24,330 nucleotides of DNA from an uncultured virus (IMG/VR IMGVR_UViG_3300036800_000376) (IMGVR_UViG_3300036800_000376), one strand, 5' to 3'; positions 14,033 to 23,459 are shown, counted from the stretch's first letter. Numbers and translations are program-made. Notes: generated from the letters alone by a model not told the origin.

Positions 14033-15516
14033 AAGCCTGGTGGGTGTCGTTGGACGTAGCCGGCGGTGCTCGATCCGGGCTGGTTTCCCCAGCGTGGCCC
14101 GTCGGATGGTGCTTGCGGGGGTTGCGGCGGCGCGTTCTCCCGACCCAACTGGGTATCGAAATAGATCCCTGCGACCTCGATGAACACATGCCCGCTGGTG
14201 GAGAACGTCGTGATCCATTTCCCTGGGCCCGGATCGCCGCGAATGGAGAAGTCGCCCGATACCAGAATCTGGCCGCCGAGGATGCTCTGCTGAAAACTAG
14301 TGCCCCAGAACAGATATGACGTGGCGCTCGAGCAGTCGTAGCCGGGCACGCCGTACTCCTCGGCGCCGGGGACCGCGGCGGGGTCGGGATTGCTCGCGCT
14401 CATCGTTTGCGCGGGGGCGCCGTGCGCGCCGCCGTAGCTGTAGCCAAAGTGGGCGATGCGGTTCCCGGCGGCGATCATTGCCTGCACTACGGGCGGAGCG
14501 TACGCCGGCGCCACAGCAAGCCCCGTTTTGGGGTCGATGATCGCCTTGGACCCTGGCACTGTCGGCCCGCCTCCGGTCGTCGGCGCGCAGGTGCTGGAGG
14601 ACGGTGTTGCCGTGGCCGCCGCCCCGGACGGGCTCGTGACGGTGGCTACGGGCCCCGCGCCGGTTTGCTGCGTCTGGCCCGCTTGCCCGTTCTGTGCGCT
14701 GGCGCCGCCGGTCGTCGCTTGGGTAGTAGCTCCGGTCCGGGCTGGAGCGGCCGTTGTGGAGGTCGAGGTCGGCGTCGTTGTGGAGGTGGGTGTGGTCGAG
14801 GTGGGATTCGGGCATGAGCACGACGTGCCTTGCCCCGACGTCGTGCCGCCAGCCTGCGACGTCGTCGGGGTCGCGGTCGGTGAGGTGGACTGGGCCGGTG
14901 TGGTCAGTGAGACGGGTACCGCGGTCGCGGGTGGGAGGCTTGGCGGGTGACCGTTCCACGCGGCGCTGATGGCCGCTGTCAGCGTCTGCACGCCCGTCGG
15001 GCCGAGATAGGTCGCGGCCGCGGCCTGCACCTCGGCGACGTACCACCCCGCGTGGTTGTACGCAAGGATCGCCGTCGGCCAGTTCCCTGGCGCGCCGGAA
15101 GCGTGCAGGTAGTTCGCGGCGCCGTAGATCGCGTCCTGCGCGTCGTAAACGTCCGGTGTCCCACCGGGATTAGACACAGCGACCCCGTACTTCGCCCAGG
15201 TGCCGGGCTCGAATTGCATCCACCCGATCGCGCCCGCCGACGAGGTGTTCATGTTTGTCCCGAAGCCGGTCTCGATCTTGTTGATCGCCGCGAGATACGC
15301 GTACCCGTCCGGGCCGAGCCCGTACCGTTGCGAGGCGGCCATGTAGTACTGCACCAGCGGGGGTTCGCCTGTGTACGACACCGGCTGAGCTGTCGTTGTC
15401 GCGCCGCATCCCGAAGCGGCATCGGTGACCACGGGGACGCTGGCGAACACCACCGCGAGCGCGATTCCACACAACGCCACGATCGAGGTCCCGGTGCCCA
15501 GCAGCACCCATCTCAT
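14029..15516 (-). CDS. Conjugative cell-wall hydrolase: lytic transglycosylase plus NlpC/P60-like peptidase (CwlT/TcpG/VirB1 analog)
   Basis: LAAINKIETGFG, SSAGAIGWMQF...TW, AIYGAANYL, AILAYNHA; Thr-rich linker; YSYGG, YDCSSATS, GHVFI. Confidence 0.92.
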   Translation of the reverse strand: MRWVLLGTGTSIVALCGIALAVVFASVPVVTDAASGCGATTTAQPVSYTGEPPLVQYYMAASQRYGLGPDGYAYLAAINKIETGFGTNMNTSSAGAIGWMQFEPGTWAKYGVAVSNPGGTPDVYDAQDAIYGAANYLHASGAPGNWPTAILAYNHAGWYVAEVQAAAATYLGPTGVQTLTAAISAAWNGHPPSLPPATAVPVSLTTPAQSTSPTATPTTSQAGGTTSGQGTSCSCPNPTSTTPTSTTTPTSTSTTAAPARTGATTQATTGGASAQNGQAGQTQQTGAGPVATVTSPSGAAATATPSSSTCAPTTGGGPTVPGSKAIIDPKTGLAVAPAYAPPVVQAMIAAGNRIAHFGYSYGGAHGAPAQTMSASNPDPAAVPGAEEYGVPGYDCSSATSYLFWGTSFQQSILGGQILVSGDFSIRGDPGPGKWITTFSTSGHVFIEVAGIYFDTQLGRENAPPQPPQAPSDGPRWGNQPGSSTAGYVQRHPPGF

Positions 15517-15629
15517 CAGCCGTTTCCCGGCTCAAGCGGCGCGATCCAGCCCGCCGCGGCACTCATGGTGGCGCCGTCGCGATTTCGCGCGTCGATAACT
15601 CCTTGGGCGGCGGCGTATCGGACGGTCAT
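15516..15629 (-). CDS. 37-aa coupled mini-ORF (not in the ORF track)
   Basis: MTVRYAAAQGVIDARNRDGATMSAAAGWIAPLEPGNG*; ATGA overlap at the start and TGATG overlap at the end. Confidence 0.35.
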   Translation of the reverse strand: MTVRYAAAQGVIDARNRDGATMSAAAGWIAPLEPGNG

Positions 15630-15925
15630 CGCTGGCGGTCCTCGAAGTCCGCCGCGAGTGGGGACGGTCGCGTGGCGCGGCGTGTTGGTTGGTGGTGGTA
15701 GACGCCGATGGTCTCCTCGCAGCTGACGTCCTCGAGCTCATGGAGGACGTACCGCACGTGTCCCGGTCGTGGTGGGGCGTCGGGGTTCGCCGGGCGGCTT
15801 ATGAGCGGTCCCGGAGCGGCGGGAAGGTCGATCGCGCGATAGCGGAGGGTCTGCTCGATCGTGTCGTGCGCTCCTCGAAGCTCGGCACCGTCATACGGTC
15901 CGTCGACGTAGAGGTGGGTGACCAT
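15626..15925 (-). CDS. Hypothetical protein
   Basis: 99 aa; starts 2 nt after the VirB6-like stop; LYVDGPYDG N-terminal motif; GC3-rich codons. Confidence 0.65.
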   Translation of the reverse strand: MVTHLYVDGPYDGAELRGAHDTIEQTLRYRAIDLPAAPGPLISRPANPDAPPRPGHVRYVLHELEDVSCEETIGVYHHQPTRRATRPSPLAADFEDRQR

Positions 15926-15927
15926 GC

Positions 15928-18813
15928 TCAGGGAGTCCCGTTGGGTGGTGGTAGCGGTGGTGGTGACGGTGGTTTGCGCTCGGCGTCGCGGACGAGTCGT
16001 TGCAGCTCGTCGCCGAGCTCGGGAGCGTTGGGCGACAGCGCACCTGGTGGTGAAGGTGGTGGCGCGTCTCGACGAGTTGGTGGCGCTTCGCGCGATCCGT
16101 TCCCGGGGCGTGGCGTTGGCGTGTCGTGCTGCTGTGTGCGGTGAGCTTCGGCGGCGGCAGCTCGGTTCGCTCGTGAGGTCTGGGCGGTTCTCGCGAGCTC
16201 GTCTCGCTCCGCGTCGGGTTTGACCTCGCGTAGCCGTGCGGCGACGTGGGGCATGTTTTCGCTGTCCGCGAGGGCGGCTGCTCGTTCGCGCTGGTCTGCG
16301 GTCATTGCTGAGGCGAGCCGTTCGGGGGAGTGGCTGCCCAGCCGGTTCAGGGACGTTTGGAGGCGTTGGCGGTCCTCCCGCTGGCCGGCGGCGCCACTGG
16401 GAGCGCTTGGGGTGCGGAGCTCGCCGTGCGCGGCTTCGACCTCGTCGACGTCGTCGAGGACGCGATCGGTTTCGACTCCAGGGAGATCCGCGGTGCCGCT
16501 GCCGCCGTCGGGGAGGGATCCCGGGGCGAGTGGGTCGATGGGCCCGTCAGGACCCTCTCCGTTCGGTGACGGGGGGGTGTCTGGCGGCCGGTCGTCTGCT
16601 GCTCCTCCTGGCGACGGTGGCGGCGGTGGTGGCGGGCTGTCGGAGGTGCCTGCCCCGGACTTTGGTCCGCGGCTGCCGAGACCGAAGGCTCCGAGGATGG
16701 CGCCGCCGGCGGCGCTGACACCGGCGGTTGCTGCGATGGCGGTGCCCTTGGCGGTCTTGCTGCCCATCCGCGCGAGGCGGGTTCGGCGGTATGCGCGGGC
16801 GAACTCGTCGCCGGCTGACCCGTCCTGCGGCTGGTGGCTCGTGAGCGCCTGGTTGAAATGGCCGACAAGCTTGCGGCGTTTCGCCATGACGACCCAGAAG
16901 AACGCGATCTGGATGAGGTACTCGAAAAGCCATCCGAAGCCGGTTAGTTGCGCGGCGCCGATGATCCCGAACTCGATCGTCAACAGAACGACGAGCACGA
17001 GCGCGTAGATGAACTTGCGGATGAGGGCTGTGAGCATCCTCTTCCCCCACAGGTAGAAGAGTTGGTGGCCGCGGCCTGGGAAGAGCCCGGCGAGGAGGAG
17101 CACAGGGAGCACCACGAGTCCGAACAGCACCTCGAGCTGCGCGACGACGACCCCGATTGAGAGGCCACCGAGGATGAACACCAGCGGGATGGACCCGATC
17201 AGCACGAGGACTGCGACGGCCAGGCGTTGGCCTTGTGCGTTCTCGAGTTGCGCGTCGACGGCCGGGGTGTCTGGCCAGTTCACCGCGAGCGCTTTCTGGA
17301 GGCCCATCCCGAGGGGGTCGGATTGGATGCCGGGGGTGGATTGCTGCTTGGCGGAGACCTCCTCGATTGCAGTGAAGATCTCGTTGCGCATCCCGCCGAT
17401 CGGGGAGGCGGCAGGCGACGACCCGCCGGCCTGCGACCACACCGACAGGCTCGAGTTGACGTTCGGTGCGAGCGCGCCGTTCGGGTGACCGTCGAACGGA
17501 CCGATCTTGCAGCTCGGGTTGGTGCCCTCCGGCACCAGCATCTGAAACTGGTGGTTGACGAGCTTGTTCTCGTTCGCGAGAAGAGCGGCTTGCTCGAGCT
17601 GGAGGTCGCACTGTGGGTTGTCGGCCTCGAGGTACCAGTCGGCGTATTTCTGGTTCGGGATCGGGTGCGTAGTGACGTGCTTGGAGCCGGGGTAGGGTGC
17701 GCATCCGGTCGCACCGGAGGTGGGGTCAGCGACCGAGATCCCCGCGTTGGGGCCGGCTGGCGCGTTAGCGGTGCAATGGTCGAGCCCTCCGAAGTCGAGG
17801 ATCTCGAACGGCTGGAAGACCGCGAGTTTGAATAGGGCGTCTTGTGCGGTGAGGAGCGATCCTTGGTTGGTTTGGAGGCCGCCGGCGCCGGAGTTCACTG
17901 GCGTGTCTGAGGCGACGGTCGCGGTGAGCGATAGGGCGCTGTCGGCGAGCTGGTTGGTGGTGTCCGCGGCCCATCCGATCGTGTTCGCGGGGTCGGCGAT
18001 GATCGCGAGCGCCGCCGCGTAGATCAGCACCGAGACCGCGACCCCCGCGAGGGTCCGAACGTATCGTTGCTTGACCAGCCCGTTCCACAGCGCGTAGAGA
18101 CCGATCGCGGCGAAGGTGACGAACAGCACGTCCTGGAAAGGACCGGCGTGGAAAAGGCCGCTCACGGCGCCGTGGAGCCCGTTGAGTAGCCCGACACCGT
18201 GTGTGAATTGCGATCCTCCCGTGCCTGGCGCGCTGGTGATGAGGTTTAGCGAGAACGCGAAGCCGAAGATGAGGAACGCGATGTGCAGCCCTAGCAGCGC
18301 GAGCTCCCACAGAATCCACGAGATCGTGTAGAACGCGAGCGCTGGGAGGCCGGAGAGATCGATCCCGGTGAGGCCGACACTGACCCCTCCGATGTGCTGA
18401 TCGAGGTCATAGGACCCCCAGGGGTAAGCGCCGTAGTAGCTTCCGACGCATGGTGCGGCCGCGCCGGTGTTGGTTACGCATTGCGTTTGGGGTGCGTTGA
18501 AGTCGAGGAGGTCGGTGCCGTGGTAGGCGTAGTCGCCGTACGCGCCGGCGACGCCCGCTATCGGGACCGAGATCACCGCCGCGAGCGACCCGATCACCAG
18601 CACCCGACGAGCCACCCGAAGGCCTGCAGCGAGCCGGCGCCGCTGCGGCGCCCGGGCCCGCCGGCGAGCGATCCACCGCTCGAGCGCGGACCCGCGGACC
18701 CGCGCATCAATCCGCGCGATAGTCCACGCCACCCCAAGCGCGGTGGCTGCCACAGCCACCGCGTTTATGAGCGCCCACAGCAGCCCGCCGCTGGCGGTCG
18801 TTCCGCTCGTCAC
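15928..18813 (-). CDS. VirB6/TcpH/ConG-like polytopic conjugation channel protein
   Basis: Many TM segments, an extracellular Cys-containing loop, LFGLVVLPVLLLAGLFPGRG..F..W motif, Pro-rich cytoplasmic tail; follows VirB4 with a GTGA overlap. Confidence 0.85.
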   Translation of the reverse strand: MTSGTTASGGLLWALINAVAVAATALGVAWTIARIDARVRGSALERWIARRRARAPQRRRLAAGLRVARRVLVIGSLAAVISVPIAGVAGAYGDYAYHGTDLLDFNAPQTQCVTNTGAAAPCVGSYYGAYPWGSYDLDQHIGGVSVGLTGIDLSGLPALAFYTISWILWELALLGLHIAFLIFGFAFSLNLITSAPGTGGSQFTHGVGLLNGLHGAVSGLFHAGPFQDVLFVTFAAIGLYALWNGLVKQRYVRTLAGVAVSVLIYAAALAIIADPANTIGWAADTTNQLADSALSLTATVASDTPVNSGAGGLQTNQGSLLTAQDALFKLAVFQPFEILDFGGLDHCTANAPAGPNAGISVADPTSGATGCAPYPGSKHVTTHPIPNQKYADWYLEADNPQCDLQLEQAALLANENKLVNHQFQMLVPEGTNPSCKIGPFDGHPNGALAPNVNSSLSVWSQAGGSSPAASPIGGMRNEIFTAIEEVSAKQQSTPGIQSDPLGMGLQKALAVNWPDTPAVDAQLENAQGQRLAVAVLVLIGSIPLVFILGGLSIGVVVAQLEVLFGLVVLPVLLLAGLFPGRGHQLFYLWGKRMLTALIRKFIYALVLVVLLTIEFGIIGAAQLTGFGWLFEYLIQIAFFWVVMAKRRKLVGHFNQALTSHQPQDGSAGDEFARAYRRTRLARMGSKTAKGTAIAATAGVSAAGGAILGAFGLGSRGPKSGAGTSDSPPPPPPPSPGGAADDRPPDTPPSPNGEGPDGPIDPLAPGSLPDGGSGTADLPGVETDRVLDDVDEVEAAHGELRTPSAPSGAAGQREDRQRLQTSLNRLGSHSPERLASAMTADQRERAAALADSENMPHVAARLREVKPDAERDELARTAQTSRANRAAAAEAHRTQQHDTPTPRPGNGSREAPPTRRDAPPPSPPGALSPNAPELGDELQRLVRDAERKPPSPPPLPPPNGTP

Positions 18814-21251
18814 GCGGGCACCGCTTCGAGCTGCCTTTGGGACGTGTTGAACGCTTCGAGCATCGCTGGCTCGAGGTCGAACTGGACTTCGCCGAGGCGC
18901 CCGTGGATGTCGCGCATCAGGCAGAGGCCCTTCTTGTAGCCGCGGACACGGCTGATCCGTCGGGTGCCGGCGTCGGGGAGTCCGACCTGCTCGAGCGCGG
19001 CGCGGGCGTCAGCCTCGGTTGGCTGCCCGAAGATCATGTAGGTGCCGATGAGGCTCGAGAGGTCCCCGATGTCGGCTAGTCGCTGGGTGGCGATCACGAT
19101 GACTGCGTTCATCGCGCGGCCCATTCGCACCAGGCGCTGGAAGAGCGCGCGTCCTTGCGCGCTTGCGAGCAGGAACCACGCCTCGTCGACGATGATCACC
19201 TTGTTGCGGGTGGGGTCGCCGGACACGAGCCGGAGCGCCATGTCAGCCAGCAGTCCGAGTGTCGCGACCCCGATCCGCTCCCGGTCTGAGTAGCTCTCCC
19301 GGGTTTGGGATGCGTCGGGGAGATCGAGCGTTGGGGTGCGAATGCTCGTGAGCATCGCCCGCGCCGAGATGGTGTCATCGCCGGGGGGTCCGAATGCGAG
19401 TTTCGCGAGCCCGAAGTCAGCCCACGAGGCGAGCTCCTCCGCGACGGCGGTCGCGATCGTTCCGCCGGCGCGGAGACGATCGATCACCGCGAGTGACCCC
19501 CATTCGGCGTGGTGCATGCACTCGCGGATCGCTTTCGTGAGCGCGGGGCGGGCGCCCTGTTGGCGCATCGTGCCGTCCCCGACGAGCTGCGTGAAGTAGC
19601 TCATCGCGGCCTCCTCGCGCACTTCGGGGAGCGGGACGCGCATCGGGTCGAGTTGCCCGCGGTTCGCGTCGCCGCTGGAGAGCTCGAAGTGGCTCACGAG
19701 ATGCCCGATTGGGGCGTACTTGTGGAACCCGTGGTCGGGTTTGGGGTCGATGTCGACGACCTGGCTGCCGCGGAGCAGCGCTGTGGTGGCGATGCTCTGC
19801 AGGCTGACGGTCTTGCCTGACCCGAGATCGCCGGCGAGGAGGACCGCGGATCCGGCGTTCTCGCGGGAGGGCTCGGTCACGTCGAACTTGACCACTCGGC
19901 GGGTGACCGGCGTGTATCCGACGTAGGGGCCTTCGAGGCTCCCGACCGCGGTGGTGGCCATCGGGACCATCACCCCGATCTGCTCAACGGTCAGTGGGTC
20001 ATCCCACTCGTGCACCGCGGAGCCGCAGCGTGGGAGGTGCTCGTAGTACAAGCGGCGCTGGATACCGGAGGGGCGGTGCACGGTCAGCGGCCGATAGGCG
20101 TCCTTGATCTTGGTGACTCGCCGTTCGAGTTCTTTGTGCTCGGGAGCGCCGACGATGAGTTGCAGGGAGCCCGTCATCAGCGGCGGGTGGTCCTCGCGAT
20201 CGAGGTAGGCCTGCAGCAGGCGCGCTACTTGCCGGGTGTCTCCCGCGGTCCAGGACTCGCCGAGGATTCCGGATTCCTCCTCGCGGGAGCTGTTGTCGAC
20301 GTCGAGGGTCCGGCGGCGCGCTTCGCGGCGCGCGCGCTCGTTGCTCATGTACTTCCAGTGGAGCGCGCAGTCGACGGGGAACTCGAGGCGCTCGAGGGGC
20401 GCGAACATAAGCTCGCACTGAGGGCCGGGCCAGGGAGGATGTTCGGGTAGTGCCCCGAGCACGAGCGCTGACTGGTAGGAGGTGCCGTGCTCGGATTCGA
20501 CCTCGAGGTGCGTGTCGTGGCGGGTGATTCTCGCCTTCGCTGCGCGGTCGATGATGGTGCTCAAGGGCCGGTAGGACCGGTTGGTGCCGTCGTCATCTGA
20601 GACCACGAGGGCTCGTGGGCGCCAGAACTCGTCGAGCTCGGGCTCAGCGAGCCCGCGGCAGCGTGCGCGCGCGAGGAGCCATTGGATCTCGCGGGTGTCC
20701 GCGCGGTCGATACCGATCTCCCCGAGCGGGCCCTGCAGCTGGTCGAACAGGGTGCTTTCCTGGTCGCGGATCGTGACGAGCTCGTCCTCCATGACCGGCG
20801 CGGCGGATTGCACGCCGGCGGCGGACTCAACGCGGCGGCTGATCCTCCATAGCGCACGGCGGGTTTCCGCGATCATCGCGGCCGCGTCGGTGGACTCCGG
20901 TAGGCGGATCGCGAGGTAGACCTCGACGTCGCGAGGGTTCAGCCGGTCGATGAGATGCTCGTGCCAGTTGACATGCCAGCGCCATATCGGCTCGTCGGCG
21001 TAGCGGGTGTCGACCGTCCGGGCGGCCTGGCGGGCGTAGTGCTCGGCGGGGTAGCTGCGGCACACTCTCCAGATCGATCCGTCGCTTCGCGCTTCCATCG
21101 CGGCGAGCGCGAGGGACGCTGCGACCTCATATTTCTGCTGGTCGGTGAGGAACTCGTATGAGGTGTTCTGCAGGCGGTAGAGCGCGCGGCGCTCGCCACC
21201 GTGACCGAACAGGATGTTCCCGTCGACGTGGGTGACTCCGAGCATCCTCAT
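18810..21251 (-). CDS. virB4: VirB4-like conjugative ATPase (TcpF/ConE type)
   Basis: 813 aa; Walker A GDLGSGKT, VVDIDPK, Walker B IIVDEAW, VRMGRAMNAVIVIATQ, GLCLMRDIHGRLG. Confidence 0.93.
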   Translation of the reverse strand: MRMLGVTHVDGNILFGHGGERRALYRLQNTSYEFLTDQQKYEVAASLALAAMEARSDGSIWRVCRSYPAEHYARQAARTVDTRYADEPIWRWHVNWHEHLIDRLNPRDVEVYLAIRLPESTDAAAMIAETRRALWRISRRVESAAGVQSAAPVMEDELVTIRDQESTLFDQLQGPLGEIGIDRADTREIQWLLARARCRGLAEPELDEFWRPRALVVSDDDGTNRSYRPLSTIIDRAAKARITRHDTHLEVESEHGTSYQSALVLGALPEHPPWPGPQCELMFAPLERLEFPVDCALHWKYMSNERARREARRRTLDVDNSSREEESGILGESWTAGDTRQVARLLQAYLDREDHPPLMTGSLQLIVGAPEHKELERRVTKIKDAYRPLTVHRPSGIQRRLYYEHLPRCGSAVHEWDDPLTVEQIGVMVPMATTAVGSLEGPYVGYTPVTRRVVKFDVTEPSRENAGSAVLLAGDLGSGKTVSLQSIATTALLRGSQVVDIDPKPDHGFHKYAPIGHLVSHFELSSGDANRGQLDPMRVPLPEVREEAAMSYFTQLVGDGTMRQQGARPALTKAIRECMHHAEWGSLAVIDRLRAGGTIATAVAEELASWADFGLAKLAFGPPGDDTISARAMLTSIRTPTLDLPDASQTRESYSDRERIGVATLGLLADMALRLVSGDPTRNKVIIVDEAWFLLASAQGRALFQRLVRMGRAMNAVIVIATQRLADIGDLSSLIGTYMIFGQPTEADARAALEQVGLPDAGTRRISRVRGYKKGLCLMRDIHGRLGEVQFDLEPAMLEAFNTSQRQLEAVPA
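19741..19837. repeat. 97-bp direct repeat, copy 1 (VirB4 Walker A region)
   Basis: 88 of 97 nt identical to 22240-22336, ungapped, by manual alignment. Confidence 0.95.
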
Positions 21252-21850
21252 CGCTGGCCTCCGCGGACACGCAGCCGCTCCCCGGCCTCCACGCGGACCA
21301 TGGCGACGCCGCTGGGGTCGTCCTCGTGTAGCGGGGTGATCTCGTGGCGGCGGTGGCGGTAGCGCAGTGCGACCGGATCGCGGGTGTAGACGGTCGCTGG
21401 GCCGGTGATTTCGCCGTCGAGGAGGATTGGCCAGTCCGGGCCGGGCGCGAGCGTCACGGTCTCATCGAGCACCTCGGCGATCCCGGCTCTCGGGAGGCGC
21501 TCCTCGCCGTAGAAGTGCTTGCCCGCGAAGTGCTCTGAGATCAGCGACGTCCAGTGTCGGTGGGGCATCCTGCCGTGCGGGCGGTAGCGCGCTCCTACGT
21601 ACGCTCCGGCGGCCGGGATGAGTGTGAACGCGATCTCTGGTGGGACCGCGCCGGCTAGCAGGTCGATCCCGGGGATGTTGCGCGCGAGGAAGACGAGCGC
21701 GATCGCTGCGATGAAGTAGGCGGCACCCCAGATCGGGATCCCTCCGGGGACGGGGATCCGCCACTCTCCTTGCCCGTTTGGGATCGCGTAGACGCGGCGC
21801 TCGAGGCGATACACGCGACGCCACGACCGCACCTCCATTTCGCCCGCCAT
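21248..21850 (-). CDS. tcpE: TcpE-family conjugal transfer membrane protein (VirB3-like)
   Basis: SWRRVYRLERRVYAI...WRIPVPGGIP, two TM helices, PHGR motif; directly upstream of VirB4; GAAGGGAG RBS. Confidence 0.85.
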   Translation of the reverse strand: MAGEMEVRSWRRVYRLERRVYAIPNGQGEWRIPVPGGIPIWGAAYFIAAIALVFLARNIPGIDLLAGAVPPEIAFTLIPAAGAYVGARYRPHGRMPHRHWTSLISEHFAGKHFYGEERLPRAGIAEVLDETVTLAPGPDWPILLDGEITGPATVYTRDPVALRYRHRRHEITPLHEDDPSGVAMVRVEAGERLRVRGGQR

Positions 21851-21884
21851 GCCGGTTCTCCCTTCCTCCGCGGCGTTCTCGGGG

Positions 21885-22355
21885 TCAGCCCGAGAAGAAG
21901 CTCGAGACCTGGTTCCCGAGCGCGGTGAGGTGCCCGAGGGGGTCTCCGATGACCCATCCGACTAGCGCGCCAGCGACGATCGCGACGAGCAGCTTTCCGT
22001 GCTCGGCGCGGCCATAGTGCTTGAGCGCCATCGCGCCGACCGCGATCGCGAAGATCCATGGGATCCAGTCCTGCCAGAGCTGCTTGAGGTTCGCCGATCC
22101 GCCCTTGAATGGATCCGTCCCGCCCGTCGCCGCGGCGGCCGTCGCGGGATGCGCGATCAGGAGCGCGCCCACGAGGAGCGTGGCGGCTGTCGCGAGTGCG
22201 ATCCAGGTCGAGCGTGATTGATGACGCTGCTGCTCGGCCTTGGGGTCGACGTCGACGACCTGGCTGCCGCGAAGCAGCGCCGTGATGACGATGCCCTGCA
22301 GGCTGACGGTCTTGCCTGACCCGAGCCTGCCGGCGAAGTGTGTCCTCGGTGACAT
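21885..22355 (-). CDS. TcpD/VirB2 pilin-like membrane protein with an extra VirB4-derived N-terminal segment
   Basis: AGGAGG RBS before ATG 22355; signal-like helix ending PATAAA, then two hydrophobic helices and a DP motif; sits between tcpC and tcpE. Confidence 0.75.
   Translation of the reverse strand: MSPRTHFAGRLGSGKTVSLQGIVITALLRGSQVVDVDPKAEQQRHQSRSTWIALATAATLLVGALLIAHPATAAAATGGTDPFKGGSANLKQLWQDWIPWIFAIAVGAMALKHYGRAEHGKLLVAIVAGALVGWVIGDPLGHLTALGNQVSSFFSG
22240..22336. repeat. 97-bp direct repeat, copy 2 (inside the pilin-like gene)
   Basis: Encodes AGRLGSGKTVSLQGIVITALLRGSQVVDVDPK. Confidence 0.95.
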
Positions 22356-22386
22356 TGCTCTTCCTCCTGCTGATTGGACGGTGCCG

Positions 22387-23262
22387 TTATTGGCCATCGA
22401 TCGACGTCACGATCCATCGGTCGAGCTGCTTGACCGCGAGCTGGTACTGCAAGGGGTATGTCGCCCCGGTCGTGGTGTCCCCCACCTGGACGCTCGCGAG
22501 AACTTCCATGCTTCCGTCCGGGTTTGTGTAGAGCTCCTGCGTGTTGGTGACCGACTCGAACTTCAGGCCAGCTGACGGTTCGGGGAGGTTCGCGGTGGGC
22601 GCCTCGTAGTAGGTCAGGTCCTGGCCCGCGAAGTACGCCGAGAAGAACTGTGTGAGAAGGGTGCTTACGCCGGCGGGTGCTGGCGGGGCGCTCGCGAGCT
22701 CACCGGGCGGTCCGGGAGCGGTCGGGTCCACCGCGGGCGGAGCCGTGAGGGATGGTTCGGCGAACACCGCGATGCCCGCTTGGGTTTGTGCGACCGGGAC
22801 CGCGAGATACCGCTCGACCTGGTGGCCGCGAACGGCCACGACCGCGTTGACCGTGATCAGCGCGTGGTTTGCGTTGCCGTCTTGGGCCCAGGTCACGGGT
22901 TCGGCGCTTGTCACGTACGAGCTGTAGTTGCCTGGGCTCGCGACGCTCGCGTTCGCGCCGGTCGCGAAGAATCGTTGCGCCGATCCGTCCCCGTTCGTCG
23001 TTCCAACGGAGAGGTAGTCCCGCGCGAACGCGGTCGCCGCCCACAGCATCTGCGGCGAGGGCGTGAACGCTGCGGTGCTGGAGCGTTCGTACACGCGCGA
23101 GGCGGTTGAAGGGCGAACAATCGCGACCACGCCACGCGCGATCACCAAGAAGATCACGAACCACACGACGTACCGACCGATGCGCCGCAAGGGCAGGTTC
23201 ACCGGCGCCGGGTGAAGCGATCGACGCTGACGCTTCAACAAGGACCCAGGCTCCGGCGACAT
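22387..23262 (-). CDS. tcpC: TcpC-family conjugal transfer protein (VirB8-like)
   Basis: N-terminal TM, ATAFARDYLS, RYLAVPV...P.L...P, LTQFFSAY...LTYY, Y.L......RW.VTSI. Confidence 0.9.
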   Translation of the reverse strand: MSPEPGSLLKRQRRSLHPAPVNLPLRRIGRYVVWFVIFLVIARGVVAIVRPSTASRVYERSSTAAFTPSPQMLWAATAFARDYLSVGTTNGDGSAQRFFATGANASVASPGNYSSYVTSAEPVTWAQDGNANHALITVNAVVAVRGHQVERYLAVPVAQTQAGIAVFAEPSLTAPPAVDPTAPGPPGELASAPPAPAGVSTLLTQFFSAYFAGQDLTYYEAPTANLPEPSAGLKFESVTNTQELYTNPDGSMEVLASVQVGDTTTGATYPLQYQLAVKQLDRWIVTSIDGQ

Positions 23263-23268
23263 CTGTAT

Positions 23269-23297
23269 ACCGTACCAAACACAGCGATGCAGAACAA
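23269..23297 (-). promoter_or_regulatory. Putative promoter of the transfer operon, leaderless
   Basis: TTGTTC-17 nt-TACGGT with a TGn extension, 6 nt before ATG 23262; no RBS. Confidence 0.6.
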
Positions 23298-23357
23298 ACA
23301 GGGCAATCACCCGGTCTTACGGTGTCGTGGCCTGACGAGAGGGCACGACGCGAGGGG

Positions 23358-23374
23358 CCTCCGCTAACGGGAGG
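23358..23374 (+). other. Candidate oriT nick-site hairpin (MOBT/Rep_trans type)
   Basis: CCTCC-GCTAACG-GGAGG; CTAAC in the loop of a GC-rich hairpin, as at ICEBs1/Tn916 nic sites. Confidence 0.35.
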
Positions 23375-23459
23375 TTCGTGAGCCCTTACGTGCGCGCGCC
23401 TCCGGGTGAGATGTGGCCCCGCACGCGCGGTGTGAGATCGGCGAGGCGGGAGAACTCGG

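Larger units (their letters stand above)
9459..23297 (-). mobile_element. Conjugative transfer module (Tn916/ICEBs1/pCW3-like Gram-positive T4SS) of an ICE or plasmid; element boundaries not visible
   Basis: Order tcpC, tcpD-like, tcpE, virB4, virB6-like, hydrolase with overlapping start/stop codons; xis-like and TA genes nearby. Confidence 0.88.

Noticed and set aside
21885..22397. Second ATPase gene suggested by the GSGKT motif
   Set aside because: Only 32 residues of the P-loop region are present, with no Walker B; the rest is a small membrane protein.
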